A stretch of 64,000 bases of DNA from Candidatus Latescibacterota bacterium (GTDB lineage: Bacteria; Latescibacterota; UBA2968): NCBI GenBank assembly GCA_965204375.1, contig OZ241986.1:5312001-5376000 (forward strand). The letters run 5' to 3'. Under the pieces are notes generated by a model. It was not told where the DNA came from, ran no database searches, and worked only from the letters and a program-made list of their open reading frames with translations. This document shows positions 29,577-39,625 of this stretch, in pieces (within the stretch, counting starts at the first letter, position 1; each line of letters begins with the position of its first letter). A program made the position numbers and the translations under genes.

Positions 29577-30866
29577 CTACACACCGATAAAAGATCTATC
29601 ATTTGTTTTTTCGCACCAGTCGCGCAGGCGGCGGCGGTGGTCGTCGAGTTCGTTTTTGAAGCGCGCGTTGACGGCGAGGTTGACCATTTCACCAGGGTCG
29701 TTCTGGAGGTCGATGAGTTGTTCTCGGTGGCGGCCCATGGGAAAGGTGCTGTATTTGTAGCGGTCGGTGAGGACGGCACGCGAAGCACCGCTACCGCCTG
29801 GACCAGAGCCGAGGTCGATGATGGTTTCAACGACGAGGTCGTCGCGCCATTCGCCGGATGTGTTGCCTTCTGCGAGAGACCGCAGGCTCAATCCGTCGAG
29901 GCCGTCGGGAACGCTCGCACCGCCTATGTCGCATAAGGTGGGCAGAAGGTCGAGGCCGAGGGAGACGAGGTGGGTGTCGTTGACGCCACCGGGTTGCGTG
30001 ACGCCTTTGTGGCTGACGATGAATGGGATGTTGATGACTTCTTCGTAGAGGCTGGTTTTTTGATTCCAGTTGTGTGCGCCGTGTCCGTCGCCGTGATCTG
30101 AGGTGAAGACGATGTATGTGTTTTCTTCGAGGTCCAGGTCGCGCAAGCCGTTGAGGAGGACGCCGATTTCGGCATCGACTTTTTCGCACAGGCGGTAATA
30201 GAGGAAGCGGAGGCGCCGCCAGTCGTCTTCGGTGTATTCGATGGTGGGATAGACGCGGCGGTTGGCCTGGCGCAGCATTTGCAGGATGTCGGGTGAATAG
30301 GGTGGGATGGCGAAGTTCGCGGGCAGGTTCGGACATTCTTCTATGGTTGTGGGTTCTGGTACAGGACCTTGTGGAAGCGGCTGACTGCGGGCGACCTGGC
30401 AGATGTCGTGGGGGTTGAGAAATGACGCGATGAGGAAGAAGGGGTTGTCGCGGTCGCGTTTCATAAATTCGATGGCGCGAAGGGGCACTTCGTCGTCGCG
30501 GTTGCCGCAGATGACTTCGAGGCCGCTTTCTTCGGGTGTGGTGCCCGGGACGTGCCATTTGCCAGAGAGGGCGCAGTCATAACTCGCGTTTTTGAGAAAG
30601 TTGCCGAGGGTTTTGCCTTTGTATTCGGGTTTGATCGGGGTGCCGTTGCTCGTGGCGCCGTTTTGATGGGGATAGAGGCCCGTCATATAGCTGGCGCGCT
30701 GGGGACCGCACAGGGGATGCGTGCAATAGGCGCGGGTGAAGCGCACGCCGGTTTCGGCGAGGCTGTCCATATTGGGAGTGTGAACATCGGGGTTGCCCGC
30801 ACAGGACATGGCCCCGGCGTATTGCTGATCGGTGATGATGAAGAGGATATTGGGACGATCTGGCAT
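29577..30866 (-). CDS. Cys-type sulfatase
   Basis: CGPQR motif, GKWHV, SDHGD. Confidence 0.88.
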   Translation of the reverse strand: MPDRPNILFIITDQQYAGAMSCAGNPDVHTPNMDSLAETGVRFTRAYCTHPLCGPQRASYMTGLYPHQNGATSNGTPIKPEYKGKTLGNFLKNASYDCALSGKWHVPGTTPEESGLEVICGNRDDEVPLRAIEFMKRDRDNPFFLIASFLNPHDICQVARSQPLPQGPVPEPTTIEECPNLPANFAIPPYSPDILQMLRQANRRVYPTIEYTEDDWRRLRFLYYRLCEKVDAEIGVLLNGLRDLDLEENTYIVFTSDHGDGHGAHNWNQKTSLYEEVINIPFIVSHKGVTQPGGVNDTHLVSLGLDLLPTLCDIGGASVPDGLDGLSLRSLAEGNTSGEWRDDLVVETIIDLGSGPGGSGASRAVLTDRYKYSTFPMGRHREQLIDLQNDPGEMVNLAVNARFKNELDDHRRRLRDWCEKTNDRSFIGV

Positions 30867-30928
30867 GTGACATCCTTTTTTGAAAGTGAGCTGCAGCTCG
30901 ACGGTTAAAAAAAATCTGGTTTCATCTA

Positions 30929-32086
30929 TTAGTATGTGGTGCCAAAGACGCTAACAAAGATGAGAAAATCGGCAAAGTTAATCATACCATCGTCGTTCAG
31001 GTCCATGCGGGCATCGTAATTGGCATCTGATGATGATAATCCAAAAACGCCGGTAAAGGCGAGAAAATCGGCAAAGTCAACGTCGTGGTCGCCATCGAAA
31101 TCGCCGGAAATGGTAGTAACAGTGATCACGGCGTTGGACACATCCAATGAGTCCTGTTGTCCACTGAGGTCGGCCATTAAAATGGTTTTGACAATGAGCG
31201 TTGTTTCGGATTCAAGGGTGTTGGTCACTTGCAGGTCAATTTGACCGAGATAACCATTGGCTGGTACAGTGGGGGTAGAGATGAGCAGTGCTGATAGGAC
31301 AGGACGGGCGGGTGTTTGGCGCAGGGATGCACCTGTAAAACTCGTGCCCGATATGTTGCCGATGTAGTCGAAAAATGTCTTGTCCGGCAGGTCGAGTTCT
31401 ATTTCGTAGCCATAAGTTTGTTTGTCTGCAGCCATTGGAACAAAGAGTTGAAATTGTATCGTATCGCCTGCTGTTTGTTCGGGTATGATCAGCCCGTTGT
31501 TCTGTACAGCGGGTGTTTCAATTTGTGTGTCGAGGTGGAGTAGCATGCCGGCAAATTCACCGCTTGCAGGCTCGTTAAACGATATGATATTTGTCGTTGT
31601 GATTTCGTCGATCAATGCCACGCTTTGTGCAAGTGTAACCATTTTAATGCCCAGGGTAAATGCCTTATCCGTTACATCCACTGCAGTGGTAAATTCAGCG
31701 CGTGCTACAAAACCGGATTCCGGCAGGGTGACAAGGGCAGCAGATGCGAAGTTTGTGCCAGTCGAGTCTGGTTCTGGAACGACAAAGGCGAACGCACTGT
31801 TTTCGGCTTTGTCAAAAGTCAAAATAGCAGGATCAAAGTCGAATATGACTACCACGCCGGCGAGAGGTGTGGTCACACCTTTTGCGAAGACTTCAACGGC
31901 AATTTTTGTGCCCTGTCCAGAGATAGTACCTGAGGTAACGCCATCATCTGTCTGATTGCCCGGCCCGCCATCGGGAATGAGATCGAGCGATAGCATAGCA
32001 TTTGCATTGGGACCAGCAGAGGCTTGTCCCACGAAGACCAGCAATGCAAGGGTGGTAATAAATAGGAATTCTTTTTTGAAAAACAT
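30929..32086 (-). CDS. Secreted protein with two cohesin-like beta domains and a C-terminal EF-hand/dockerin
   Basis: Signal peptide ending ASA; GDFDGDHDVDFADF ... DLNDDGMINFADF. Confidence 0.75.
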   Translation of the reverse strand: MFFKKEFLFITTLALLVFVGQASAGPNANAMLSLDLIPDGGPGNQTDDGVTSGTISGQGTKIAVEVFAKGVTTPLAGVVVIFDFDPAILTFDKAENSAFAFVVPEPDSTGTNFASAALVTLPESGFVARAEFTTAVDVTDKAFTLGIKMVTLAQSVALIDEITTTNIISFNEPASGEFAGMLLHLDTQIETPAVQNNGLIIPEQTAGDTIQFQLFVPMAADKQTYGYEIELDLPDKTFFDYIGNISGTSFTGASLRQTPARPVLSALLISTPTVPANGYLGQIDLQVTNTLESETTLIVKTILMADLSGQQDSLDVSNAVITVTTISGDFDGDHDVDFADFLAFTGVFGLSSSDANYDARMDLNDDGMINFADFLIFVSVFGTTY

Positions 32087-32104
32087 TTGCGACCTCCTTC
32101 CTGA

Positions 32105-34636
32105 CTACAGCCGTGGATCCACGGGTTCTGTTTCGAGCGCGAGGACTCCGAAGACGCATTCGTGGATGCGGCGCAGGGGCTCGTTTTGAACGAAGCGGCT
32201 GAGGGCTTCGAGGCCCAGGGCAAATTCGCGCAGGGCGAGAGATTGCTTGGTTTTGACATTGCGCCAGCGCAATTTTTCGAGATTTTCGGGGGTGGTGTAT
32301 TCGGGACCGTAGATGATGCGGAGGTATTCGCGTCCTCTGCATTTGATGGCGGGCTGGATCAGCCGGCCTTTTTTATTTTTCGCAATAAAATCTATGGGTT
32401 TGACGACCATGCCCTCGCTGCCCTGTGCTGTTTTTTCTTTCCACCATGCAGTGGTGTTGGCACAACTTTGTGTGTCGTTGAGATCGACGACGCGGTATGA
32501 CGTGGCATGGAGGAGTTCGGGATCAGCCATGCATAGTTTTGAGAGGGTTTCCATGTGATAGGTATGTGGCTGGTTGTGGTGAACGCTTCCTTCTGTGGCG
32601 AGGATGTGAAAGGGCGCGAGTTTGAGGTCTGTGAGATTTTGAACGGGCCAGCAGTAGGCGCGATACGCGTGGATGTAGTGGTCGATGCGTTGTGAACTGG
32701 CTCTGTATTTGGCGAGCCAGGCGGCGACGTCGATGTTGTTGTTGGCGTTTAGAGCTTCAATGGTGGCGTTGAGTGAGGCATGGGCAGAGGCACCGACAGC
32801 TGCGTATTGTTCTTGCAATAGTTGTTGTGCGCGCGCAGACCAGGGCATGAGTTCGCAGTCGAGGGCTATCCATGTGGTGTTGAGGTCATTCCAGAGGTCG
32901 GCTTTGGAGACGGCGTTTTGGAGACGGGAAAGGAATGCGGTTTCGAGGGTTGCATCGTCAAAGAAGGAACGGCCTGTTCGGGTATAACACGCGCCGGGTG
33001 CGGGTTCGGATAGGCCAAAACGCGCGCGGGCATCGTCATCATTTTTGCACAGGATGACTATGGCGCGGGATCCCATGTGTTTTTCTTCTGCTATGGCCTG
33101 AGTGATGTTGTTTTCCCGGTAATAGGCATAAGCTTCATCGGGGTGTTCGAGGATGTTGGGACGCGAACTGGGTTTTGATGGGGACATGGTCGGCGGCAGG
33201 TAGATCAGCCATTTGGGGTCGATGGCGTAGCGGCTCATGATTTCGAGTGCGGCTGTGGCGTGTTCTTCGCGGATGGTGATGCGCGGGATGAGAAAGGTAT
33301 CTACGGCTCGCTTGCCGCTGACGTCGTCGATGTCGAGCATGTCGTCGTGCGTTTGCTGTGCGGAGCGCGTGGTGTTAGAGGCGAGAGGACGCGCGGGTTT
33401 GCTATATGTTTTGAGCGCGGGCACGGAGACGCATTCTTTTTCGGGATAACGCAGGGCTGTGAGTGCGCCGCCATAGGCGCAGCCCGTGTCGATGTTGATG
33501 GTGTTGTTGAGCCATTCGGGATTGGATACGGGTGTGTGTCCATAGACGACAGTGGCTGTGCCGCGATATCGCGCCGCCCAGTTGAGGCGGATGGGCAGGC
33601 CGAATTCGTCGGTTTCGCCCGTGGTTTCGCCATATAGGGCGAAGGCGCGCACGGTGCCCGAGGTGCGTCCGGCGAGTTCTTCTTTCATTCCGGCGTGTGC
33701 AACGATGAGGTTGCCGTTGTCGAGTATGTAGTGGCTGACGAGGCTGTCGAGGAATTTTGCATAGCGTTTGTGGTCTTCAATGGGATATGATTCGAGCTGT
33801 TCGAGGGTTTCGGCAAGGCCATAAGTGGGTCTGACATTTTTGCCCTGTAGCGCGCGAACGAGGCGCGTGTCGTGATTGCCTGGGATGCAGAGGGCGGCGC
33901 CGGAATCGACCATTTGTATGACGAGGTCGAGTACCTCGGGTGTTTTGGGACCGCGATCTACGAGGTCGCCGAGAAAGATGGCTTTGCGTCCCGGCGGTGG
34001 TGCGATGTGGTTGGACTGAATGTCGTAGCCGAGTTTGTCGAGTAGGGAGAGGAGTTCGTCGTAACAGCCGTGTACATCGCCGATGATGTCAAAGGGACCG
34101 CGTTCGTCGCGGCGGTTGGGCCAAACTTTTTCGCGTGTGACACACACGCGCTGGATTTCTTCTTCTGAGCGCAGGGTGTAGATGCGGCGAAATCCTTCGC
34201 GTTTGAGGCGTCTGAACGAGCGGCGGAGTTGATGGCGTTGTTGCGCGATAACGCGATGCGCAAAGTTGCGGTCTGGGCGGTGTTTGTTGCGTTCGCGGCA
34301 GAGGTCTTCGGGCATGTCGAGGACGATGGCGATGGGGAAGACGTGATGTTGTTTGGCCAGTGCGACGAGGGATTTGCGGGCGCTTTCCTGTACGTTGGTG
34401 GCGTCGATAACGGTGAGTTTGTAATTGGCGAGGCGTTTGGCTGCCACGTAGTGGAGGGTTTCAAATGCCTCTTTTGTGATGGTCTGATCGGTTTCGTCGT
34501 CGCTGATGAGTCCGCGGAAGTAGTCGGAGGAGAGGACTTCGGTCGGTTTGAAGTGGGTTTTGGCAAATGTGGATTTGCCAGAGCCAGATACGCCGATGAG
34601 GACGACGAGGGAGATTTCGGGGAGTGTGATGTTCAT
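32105..34636 (-). CDS. pnkp: Polynucleotide kinase-phosphatase-ligase (bacterial Pnkp)
   Basis: GVSGSGKST kinase, GDVHG/GDLVDRG/GNHD phosphoesterase, EEKHMGSR adenylyltransferase, C-terminal VDPRL. Confidence 0.93.
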   Translation of the reverse strand: MNITLPEISLVVLIGVSGSGKSTFAKTHFKPTEVLSSDYFRGLISDDETDQTITKEAFETLHYVAAKRLANYKLTVIDATNVQESARKSLVALAKQHHVFPIAIVLDMPEDLCRERNKHRPDRNFAHRVIAQQRHQLRRSFRRLKREGFRRIYTLRSEEEIQRVCVTREKVWPNRRDERGPFDIIGDVHGCYDELLSLLDKLGYDIQSNHIAPPPGRKAIFLGDLVDRGPKTPEVLDLVIQMVDSGAALCIPGNHDTRLVRALQGKNVRPTYGLAETLEQLESYPIEDHKRYAKFLDSLVSHYILDNGNLIVAHAGMKEELAGRTSGTVRAFALYGETTGETDEFGLPIRLNWAARYRGTATVVYGHTPVSNPEWLNNTINIDTGCAYGGALTALRYPEKECVSVPALKTYSKPARPLASNTTRSAQQTHDDMLDIDDVSGKRAVDTFLIPRITIREEHATAALEIMSRYAIDPKWLIYLPPTMSPSKPSSRPNILEHPDEAYAYYRENNITQAIAEEKHMGSRAIVILCKNDDDARARFGLSEPAPGACYTRTGRSFFDDATLETAFLSRLQNAVSKADLWNDLNTTWIALDCELMPWSARAQQLLQEQYAAVGASAHASLNATIEALNANNNIDVAAWLAKYRASSQRIDHYIHAYRAYCWPVQNLTDLKLAPFHILATEGSVHHNQPHTYHMETLSKLCMADPELLHATSYRVVDLNDTQSCANTTAWWKEKTAQGSEGMVVKPIDFIAKNKKGRLIQPAIKCRGREYLRIIYGPEYTTPENLEKLRWRNVKTKQSLALREFALGLEALSRFVQNEPLRRIHECVFGVLALETEPVDPRL

Positions 34637-34639
34637 GGT

Positions 34640-36001
34640 TTATTTTGTATTAAATACGGCCATTTGCGTTGGTGGTCCTGCTTTGGGATCTACGGGACCG
34701 ATGGGTTTGATTGTTGTGTGGTAGTTGAATTTTTTTTCGATGCCTTGCGTCCAGTGTTGAAATTGTTTGCGCGACCACTCGAACCGGTGATCGGGATGGC
34801 GAAATTGCCCGGCGGGAAGAGATTCCCAAAGCGTGTTGAAGTCGGCGTTTGGGGTGGTGATGATGACGGTGTTGGGATGGGCATATTCGAATACGACGCG
34901 TTCGCAGACGGGTAGTCGCGATGGGTCGAGGTGTTCGACGACTTCGAGGAGTACTGCGGCGTCATAGCCGTCGAGGCGCGTGTCGCGATAGAATAGGGAT
35001 CCGTGAATGAGTTCGATGCGGTTGCGCTGTATGGATTGCTCAAGGCGGTTATGAGCGCGGCTCAAGGCATAGTGTGATACTTCCATGCCGAGGATTTTGG
35101 TGAATTGGGCGCGTTCTGACAGGACTTGTGTGAAGTGGCCTTCACCGCAGCCGAGGTCGAGTACGCGTTGTGCGCCGCTGTTTTCGAGTTCTTTGAGTAC
35201 GGCATTGTGCCGTTGCTGGTTTAGTCTGAGGTTGTTTTCGACAACGAGTTCGTTGTCTTTGATATTGCGCGATAGGGGTTGTTCATCCATGAGGCGATAG
35301 GCTTCCTGGGTGAGGATGCGCTGGTGTCTGAGGTATCGGTCGATGATGAGGTCGCGTTTGGGGTGGTCTGATAACCAGCCTTCGCCGCGGCGCATCAGGG
35401 TGTCGATTTCAGATTGGCTGACGAAGTAGTGTTTGTCGTCATCGAGTACGGGGATGAGGACGTAGAGATGGGTGAGCAGGTTTTTTAGTGGGATGTTTGC
35501 TTCGAGTGAGACGGTGTAATACGGGCTGTACCCCCATTCTGAGAATTTTTCGTCGAGGAGGTGCGGTTTGGCTGTGACTTTATATCCCAATGGCTGAAAC
35601 AGGTCGTTGAGTAGTTGGTCGCCGCCGCGACAAGGAAGAACGTGGATTTCTGCGTGCAAGGGGATGGGCCGGGTGACGAGGTCGGGTCGGTCGGCGCACT
35701 GGCCTTTGAGCGCGCTGCCAAATACGCGGGCGATGGCTACGCTGGTAAATGAGGAGGCGACATAGGGACGATCTGTGACATAATCGCGAAGTGCAAAGGT
35801 GTTTTGGCGACGGCGTTTGAGGCCAATGGTGTCGAGGTCGAGCAATAGGGCAGCCGTGCATTTTTCATCTGTGGCTTCGGGATAAAATACATGTGCGCGA
35901 CCAAAAGATAAGTTAAACGTTTGTGCGCGTCCGGGATGTTTGTGTAGCAGATAGCCCAGGTCGGTTGCGGGGTTGTATGTGGTTGTGATGGTTAAGAGCA
36001 T
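34640..36001 (-). CDS. hen1: 3'-terminal RNA ribose 2'-O-methyltransferase Hen1
   Basis: MLLTITTT..PATDLGYLLHKHP, LDLGCGEG, EVVEH, FRHPDHRFEW. Confidence 0.93.
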   Translation of the reverse strand: MLLTITTTYNPATDLGYLLHKHPGRAQTFNLSFGRAHVFYPEATDEKCTAALLLDLDTIGLKRRRQNTFALRDYVTDRPYVASSFTSVAIARVFGSALKGQCADRPDLVTRPIPLHAEIHVLPCRGGDQLLNDLFQPLGYKVTAKPHLLDEKFSEWGYSPYYTVSLEANIPLKNLLTHLYVLIPVLDDDKHYFVSQSEIDTLMRRGEGWLSDHPKRDLIIDRYLRHQRILTQEAYRLMDEQPLSRNIKDNELVVENNLRLNQQRHNAVLKELENSGAQRVLDLGCGEGHFTQVLSERAQFTKILGMEVSHYALSRAHNRLEQSIQRNRIELIHGSLFYRDTRLDGYDAAVLLEVVEHLDPSRLPVCERVVFEYAHPNTVIITTPNADFNTLWESLPAGQFRHPDHRFEWSRKQFQHWTQGIEKKFNYHTTIKPIGPVDPKAGPPTQMAVFNTK

Positions 36002-36067
36002 GTGAAGTGTGATCCACAGAAAAAACGCGAATAATTTGAGCGTTTTACGCAGAAAAAACGCAGATGT

Positions 36068-36207
36068 GTAGGGGCGAAAAATCTTTCGCCCGTTTGTAGG
36101 GGCGAGGCATGCCTCGCCCGTCATCGCGGCATGATTCCCTGCTCAACATCATGCAGAGCCTGCCCTTGAGGTTTTAATCAAGGGGACATGGCCGAGCTGC
36201 GATCCAG
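36068..36207 (+). repeat. Composite REP cluster (two GTAGGGGCG palindromes plus a GTCATCGCGG...GCGATCCAG element with nested inserts)
   Basis: 36068-36091, 36096-36119, 36120-36207; related copies elsewhere in the window. Confidence 0.85.
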
Positions 36208-36405
36208 AGGTTTTGTTTGTTATTACTGACGTTGTGCATTGGCGTGCTGTTTCAAGATACACAGAAAATCATATAAATGATAGTGTTACTTGTACCTATG
36301 CTGATCTTTTTAGGTGGACTGAAATTTGTTGATGGTGTATTTTTCGATGATGGATGCGAGGTGTTTGACGTTTGAGAGAATTTACATTTTTGGAAGGGGC
36401 GAAAA

Positions 36406-36603
36406 ATGATACGCGAGATCGTGATGGCTGGCATATCCGTTGGGGCGGTGATTGCGCTGGCGTGGTGGATGGATCATCCAAAAAAAGAGGTGGGAAGTCT
36501 GTTGGCTGTTGGTGTGTTTGTGGTGATCGTTGTGGTTGCTTTTCTAAAAAATAAGAATCAGGTGACGCGCTATCAAAGGATGAAGCACAAGAATGATAAG
36601 TGA
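36406..36603 (+). CDS. Small two-helix membrane protein, hypothetical
   Basis: Two hydrophobic stretches, basic tail, purine-rich RBS. Confidence 0.45.
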   Translation: MIREIVMAGISVGAVIALAWWMDHPKKEVGSLLAVGVFVVIVVVAFLKNKNQVTRYQRMKHKNDK

Positions 36604-36622
36604 ATGTAGCGGGGGAATAGGG

Positions 36623-38002
36623 ATGTTTGTTATGAGAGGGTTTGGCAGTGTGGTTGTGATGGTCCTTGTCGCTGGATTGATGTGGCACTGTGGTGGCGAG
36701 CGTGTGATGATGGAGGTAGATGAGCAGGTTGGGCAGCCGCTGAGTAAGCTGGCGGTGCAAGACAATGCGTCGGGGGCTGTGGTGGTGGCTTCTGTGCGAC
36801 AGGATGACGCGCCTATAAGTGGTGCAATGGTAGAGTTTGCGCGTTCTATTGCGGGTCTGGCGGCAGAGTATGCGTGGTCGGGGATGACGGATGAAGAGGG
36901 TCGGGTGCGGTTGGAGATTGCGGGCGATGCGACGGGTTATTATCAGGTGCGTGCATCGCAGGATGGCCGGGTGATCGGTTTGTGGTCGAGTATTCCGATT
37001 AATGCAGGCGATGAGGTGATGGTCAATTTGCCCATTGATGGGAAGGCGAGTGTGATGAAGATGTCTCCGTCGTCGGCTTGCGCGGATCGCGTGCTCAATT
37101 TTGGTTTTTATGCCTTTTTTATGCCGGTCAGTTCCAGTGCAGATCCCGATCCGGATGCCGCCGGGTTTAATACACATGTGGGTTATGAAGCGGATTTGTT
37201 GACGGCTCTGGAAGCGATGGATGGCGCAGGGCTGGCGTTTTCCCGGCGTGGTATTGATATATGGCCCAATATCTGGCTGCTGTCGGCTGGTTCGGAATAC
37301 GATGTTGTGGGCGGTGGTATTACGATTCTCAATTCTCGAACCCGCGATGAGATGGGCAATCAGGTGGTGACTTTTACTTCGGGGCATATTGCGTTTCGGC
37401 AGTCGCTTCTGGTGCGTGTCGAAGATGGAGCGCGCTGGGTTAGTCACGATGACTTGACGAGCGAGGTACGCGTGGGCGCGCTGGCTAGTACGACGGGGGA
37501 GGCGCGTTTACTGGTGCTGACGGGTCTGGTCAATGCCGATGGGGTTTTGGCTGCGGGTGTGCGCGTTGAAACGCAAACGGATACGGTGGTTGCCGATGGC
37601 AGCGCGGATTATTTTATTACTGCTGCTGGCGCGTCGCCGAACCTTGAAGGCAGGCGGCATCTTTATCCGCCTGTAGATACGATGCCGCAGGTGGTTTATG
37701 TGGGAGCCAGCGACGAAGAATTACTCGGTGCGCTTGCGTCTGGTAGGATTGATGCTCTGGCTCAAGGAGCAATCGGCAACCGCGATGCGGTTCACGCTTC
37801 GGGTGGTGCTTTTGTGGTTACGGCGCTGGATGCCGCGGTTGAGTATGGCGGCTTTACCCTTGGTGTAGAGGATGCGGATTTGGCTGCCTGTATTGATGAT
37901 AAGATCAATTATCTGACGGATGACCGACGCATCGGCTATGGAGAGTGGAGACAAGATCCTATGATTTTCATGACCCGGGCCAGGATGTGGCAGGGGCAAT
38001 GA
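36623..38002 (+). CDS. Putative lipoprotein: carboxypeptidase-regulatory-like domain + family 3 solute-binding domain
   Basis: Hydrophobic leader ending in Cys (WHCGG), TDEEG motif, GYEADLL, GGITI...R. Confidence 0.65.
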   Translation: MFVMRGFGSVVVMVLVAGLMWHCGGERVMMEVDEQVGQPLSKLAVQDNASGAVVVASVRQDDAPISGAMVEFARSIAGLAAEYAWSGMTDEEGRVRLEIAGDATGYYQVRASQDGRVIGLWSSIPINAGDEVMVNLPIDGKASVMKMSPSSACADRVLNFGFYAFFMPVSSSADPDPDAAGFNTHVGYEADLLTALEAMDGAGLAFSRRGIDIWPNIWLLSAGSEYDVVGGGITILNSRTRDEMGNQVVTFTSGHIAFRQSLLVRVEDGARWVSHDDLTSEVRVGALASTTGEARLLVLTGLVNADGVLAAGVRVETQTDTVVADGSADYFITAAGASPNLEGRRHLYPPVDTMPQVVYVGASDEELLGALASGRIDALAQGAIGNRDAVHASGGAFVVTALDAAVEYGGFTLGVEDADLAACIDDKINYLTDDRRIGYGEWRQDPMIFMTRARMWQGQ

Positions 38003-38024
38003 TTATTAAGCACACTCTTCATTT

Positions 38025-38060
38025 AACTCCTCAAAGCCTTCGGGTTTTGAGGAGTTTTTT
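38025..38060 (+). terminator. Intrinsic terminator
   Basis: AACTCCTCAAAGCC-TTCG-GGTTTTGAGGAGTT followed by a T tract. Confidence 0.85.
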
Positions 38061-38070
38061 ATTTTTCCGC

Positions 38071-38112
38071 TTGACAAGAGAATTGTTTGAGTGTATTATT
38101 TAGGTAGAACAC
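38071..38112 (+). promoter_or_regulatory. sigma70 promoter overlapped by a YtrA/GntR-type operator
   Basis: TTGACA-17 bp-TATTAT; imperfect palindrome GTGTATTA-TTTAGG-TAGAACAC at 38091-38112. Confidence 0.7.
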
Positions 38113-38150
38113 TAAGACGCTGGTAATTTTTAACTCGATTGGAGGATCAA

Positions 38151-39533
38151 ATGACTGCTCGATATTTTAAGTTCTGCCGATCTGGTCTCGGGATGTTCGC
38201 AACGGCGCGTGGAACACTGTTGGGCTTCTGTTTGTTCGTCGGATGTGCGACCGCGGGTGCTGAGGAACCCCCTCGGGTGGTGCGGACTGTGCCGGAGAAT
38301 GGTGCGCAGTCGGTGGATGCCGCTACGACGGAGTTGCGCGTCACTTTTGACCAGCCCATGAGGCGCGGGATGTCGTTTACGATTATAGGGAACAAATCTA
38401 TGCTCCCAGAGGTTGCCGGAAAGCCCCGGTGGATTTCTGATACGACTATTGTTCTTCCTGTGAAACTCAAGCCGGGCCGCGAATATCGATTGGGTATCAA
38501 TTCAAAGTCAAAGCGTTATCAGAATTTTCGAGGAACCAATGGGCTTCCCGCGGTTCCCGATTCCATCTCTTTCAGGACTGCTCTTTCGGGCGATGTAAAA
38601 CCCCTGGATCCAGAAAAGAATCGGAAATCGTTGGAGCAGTTGAGGTCGGCCATTGAGGAGAAGTATTCCCATCGCGATCTGCGGGGCGTGGATTGGGATG
38701 TTAGATTTTCTGAGTTCGAGGCGCGGTTGATTGATGCGAAGATGCCCGGCCAGTTTGCCAGTCTTGCTGGACAACTTCTGGAAGTCGCCCGCGATGCTCA
38801 TATCTGGATTGGTGTGGATGGTGATCAATTAGCTGGCTTTCAGCGCAATGTTCGCCTCAACGCGGATCGAGAGTTGCTGAAACAAACAGTACCTCAGTTT
38901 CGATCCGTCAATCGCGTGGTGGCTACTGGAAGATTTCCAGATGGACCGGCGTATCTGGTGATTGGAAGTTGGGCACAAAAAGCGGCCCGGGATATCGAGG
39001 CCGCTGCGAAATGGATCGACGAACTGTCTCCGGATGATACACTGATTCTGGATATTCGGTTCAACAGTGGAGGAGACGAGCGGTTGGCGAGAAAGATCGC
39101 CGGTCGATTTGTCGATCAATCTGTGGTATATGCCGGTCATGTCAATCGCGATACTTCCAGTCCTTCTGGTTTTTCTGAAATCAAGACGCGAACGCTGAAG
39201 CCGATTCGGCCCGGTTTTCGAGGGCGCACGGTCGTTTTGATGGGGCCGGTCAATATGAGCAGTTGCGAGGCGTTTTTGTTGATGATGAAGCAAGCACCAC
39301 AATGCACGCTGATGGGCGAGAAGTCCTACGGTAGTTCGGGCAATCCAAAGCCCATTTCCCTGGCGAATGGGGTAACCGTGTTTCTTCCGTCGTGGGTGGC
39401 TTTGACGCCCGATGGAGAGCCGTTTGAGGGTAAGGGTATCTCACCCGATGTTCACGTCGAATTTCCCGACGGATCAGAGGATGATCCTTTAATCAACGCA
39501 GCCCTTGAATTGTTGAAAGGCGATGAGAGGTAA
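38151..39533 (+). CDS. S41 family peptidase with an N-terminal Ig-like domain
   Basis: P.NGA..V...VTFDQPM Ig-like motif, LDIRFNSGG, SSCE, EGKGISPD. Confidence 0.85.
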   Translation: MTARYFKFCRSGLGMFATARGTLLGFCLFVGCATAGAEEPPRVVRTVPENGAQSVDAATTELRVTFDQPMRRGMSFTIIGNKSMLPEVAGKPRWISDTTIVLPVKLKPGREYRLGINSKSKRYQNFRGTNGLPAVPDSISFRTALSGDVKPLDPEKNRKSLEQLRSAIEEKYSHRDLRGVDWDVRFSEFEARLIDAKMPGQFASLAGQLLEVARDAHIWIGVDGDQLAGFQRNVRLNADRELLKQTVPQFRSVNRVVATGRFPDGPAYLVIGSWAQKAARDIEAAAKWIDELSPDDTLILDIRFNSGGDERLARKIAGRFVDQSVVYAGHVNRDTSSPSGFSEIKTRTLKPIRPGFRGRTVVLMGPVNMSSCEAFLLMMKQAPQCTLMGEKSYGSSGNPKPISLANGVTVFLPSWVALTPDGEPFEGKGISPDVHVEFPDGSEDDPLINAALELLKGDER

Positions 39534-39536
39534 GAT

Positions 39537-39560
39537 GTAGGGGCGAGGCATGCCTCGCCC
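39537..39560 (+). repeat. GTAG-type REP
   Basis: GTAGGGGCGAGGCATGCCTCGCCC, identical to 36096 and 59471. Confidence 0.85.
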
Positions 39561-39625
39561 GTTTTAAGATACAAGACGTAAGAAGGGATGACTTTAACGT
39601 CTCACCTGTATCAAAGGAGTATGAC

